Below, piece after piece: positions 62,417-64,000 of a stretch of 64,000 nucleotides of DNA. Positions within the stretch are counted from its first letter, which is position 1. The number at the start of each line of letters is the position of its first letter. The position numbers and the translations under genes were made by a program. Source of the stretch: an uncultured delta proteobacterium (GTDB lineage: Bacteria; Desulfobacterota; Binatia; UBA9968); NCBI GenBank assembly GCA_963745035.1, contig CAVUVW010000005.1, positions 160,001 to 224,000 on the forward strand, written 5' to 3'. The notes beneath the pieces were generated by a model, which was not told where the DNA came from, did no database searches, and saw only the letters and a list, made by a program, of their open reading frames with translations.

Positions 62417-63545
62417 ATGAAAAATTCAGCTCTGAATGTGGCGGAGATCGTGCCGGCGGCGCTCATCATGGATTCCGATCGATGGATGAACGACACGGAG
62501 CGAGAACGTTCCGAATCGACCGGTGCCAACGGACATCTTCCGGGCCCGGCAGAGTGGCCGGAATTGCTGGGCGCGAGGCCAGGCGCAGCGGTTGAATCGG
62601 TTTTGCGCCGGGCGCTGATCGAGCCCATCGAAGAGTTGACTTCGATACGCGGCAAGCGTATTCGCGCCCACTTGGTGACGTTCAGCAACCGTTTGTTGAC
62701 TGGCGACCAGCCGTATTCCATGGCGGCGGCGAGCCGATGCCATTTGGCGGTCAACGCTATCGAATTCATTCATGCCGGCTCACTTATCGTCGACGATATC
62801 GAAGATGGTAGTCGGATGCGACGCGGTCGGCCAGCGCTGCATGTAAGCCACGGTATGCCGGTTGCGCTCAACGCCGGGAACTGGCTTTACTTCTGGCCGT
62901 TCGCTTTGTTTAAAGAACTCGCGCTGCCGAAAGACCAACTCTTGTTTGTGTACGAGTCTTGCCACCGCACGTTGCTGCGCGCCCATCTTGGCCAGGCGAT
63001 CGATCTCGGCGCGAAGGTCGGGACCTTGCCGCAGGCGCAGGTGGAAGAAGTTTGCCTCACGTCGATGCGGCTCAAAACCGGCGCGCTCATGGGATTTGCC
63101 GGCCTGCTGGGAGGCGCCGTTGCCGGTGCGCCGAACGCGGTGCTCTCGATCATCGACGATTTCGGCCGCGATCTTGGCGTTGCGCTACAGATGCACGACG
63201 ATCTTGGCAATGCGACCGGCGGATGCGAGCCGTCCAAGCGCTACGAGGATTTCACTCTGGCGCGTCCCTCGTGGGTTTGGGCCTGCGCCGCAGCGAACAG
63301 CACCCGCCGGTCCTACGAAGAATTTCTCACGGCGGTAAGTCGATTGCCCGACCGATCCGACTCTCGAGGCGTGGTTTTCCCATTACGACATTATCGAGCG
63401 GACGCGTCAAAGCGCGAGAGACTATCTCGATTTGAGTTTCACCACCTTGAAAACTCGTCTGGAGAAGGCCGGCGTAAATTGGTCACACGGCGTTTTTGAC
63501 GAGTTGCGCGAACTTGGCGAGGAGATAGCGCTTGCTTATGGATAA
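62417..63545 (+). CDS. crtE: Polyprenyl (geranylgeranyl diphosphate) synthase (frameshift ~63360)
   Basis: GKRIR, SLIVDDIED...RRGRPALH, GQAIDL, LKTG, QMHDD; overlaps crtI start. Confidence 0.82.
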
Positions 63546-64000
63546 GACCCGCGCGGCGGTCATCGGTTCGGGCTTTGGCGGATTGGCGCTCGCCATTCGC
63601 CTGCAGGCGGCCGGCTGCCGGACGATCATTTTTGAAAAGCGTGACAAGCCCGGCGGGCGTGCTTATGTGTATCGTGATCAAGGGTTCAGCTTTGATGCCG
63701 GTCCCACAGTGATCACCGCGCCGGATTGCCTGAGAGAGCTATTTTCTCTGGCGGGCAAGTCGATGGACGACTACGTTAGGCTTCTGCGCGTGAACCCGTT
63801 CTATCGCTTGTTCTGGCAGGATGGTTTCCAGTTCGACTATTCCGACGACGCGGCGCTGATCGAGGCGCAGATCGCCAAAAAATCGCCACGCGACGTGGAA
63901 GGCTATAAAAGATTTCTCAGCTACTCGGAAGAAGTCTTTCGCGAGGGCTATGAAAAGCTCGCCCATGTGCCGTTTCTCAACTGGTCGAGTATGGTGGCGG
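63538..64000 (+). CDS. crtI: Phytoene desaturase (5' part; runs off window)
   Basis: Own translation MDKTRAAVIGSGFGGLALAIRLQAAG...EKRDKPGGRAYVYRDQGFSFDAGPTVITAP...PFYRLFWQDG. Confidence 0.92.
   Translation, partial: MDKTRAAVIGSGFGGLALAIRLQAAGCRTIIFEKRDKPGGRAYVYRDQGFSFDAGPTVITAPDCLRELFSLAGKSMDDYVRLLRVNPFYRLFWQDGFQFDYSDDAALIEAQIAKKSPRDVEGYKRFLSYSEEVFREGYEKLAHVPFLNWSSMVA

Noticed and set aside
1-64000. tRNA, rRNA, prophage, IS or defence genes
   Set aside because: No recognisable sequence or protein motifs for these were found by eye

Overview
GC-rich bacterial chromosomal window. The dense solute-binding proteins, amidohydrolases, ThDP enzymes and short intergenic repeats resemble Candidatus Binatia (Binatota), but that taxonomy is an inference. 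About 15 otherwise intact genes carry single-base frameshifts, most simply explained as long-read consensus errors. Positions 1-27 kb and 33-54 kb are an uptake and catabolism landscape: a TRAP permease with three tandem TAXI receptors, several ABC/TTT/MFS transporters, a CoA-transferase, two ThDP enzymes, hydrolases, cupin dioxygenases, two CADD/PqqC-like diiron proteins, a glutaminase-STAS-cNMP fusion, pyk and xth. Positions 27.5-32.6 kb hold a small PC4-like protein, a ~1040-aa membrane-anchored coiled coil built of 78/71-aa repeats, and a sigma-54-driven peptidoglycan-binding lipoprotein. The most notable region is 54-64 kb, a divergent light/UV-protection and carotenoid locus. The left arm carries DUF523-DUF1722, SRPBCC, uvsE, a Rieske oxygenase, a CrtU-like oxidoreductase and a fused lycopene cyclase; the right arm carries a TIGR01777 protein, a regulator, crtE and crtI. 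The regulator is a CarH-type adenosylcobalamin photosensor with a C-terminal XRE HTH instead of an N-terminal MerR domain, and a candidate palindromic operator lies in the shared promoter. No rRNA, tRNA, CRISPR array or transposase was recognised.
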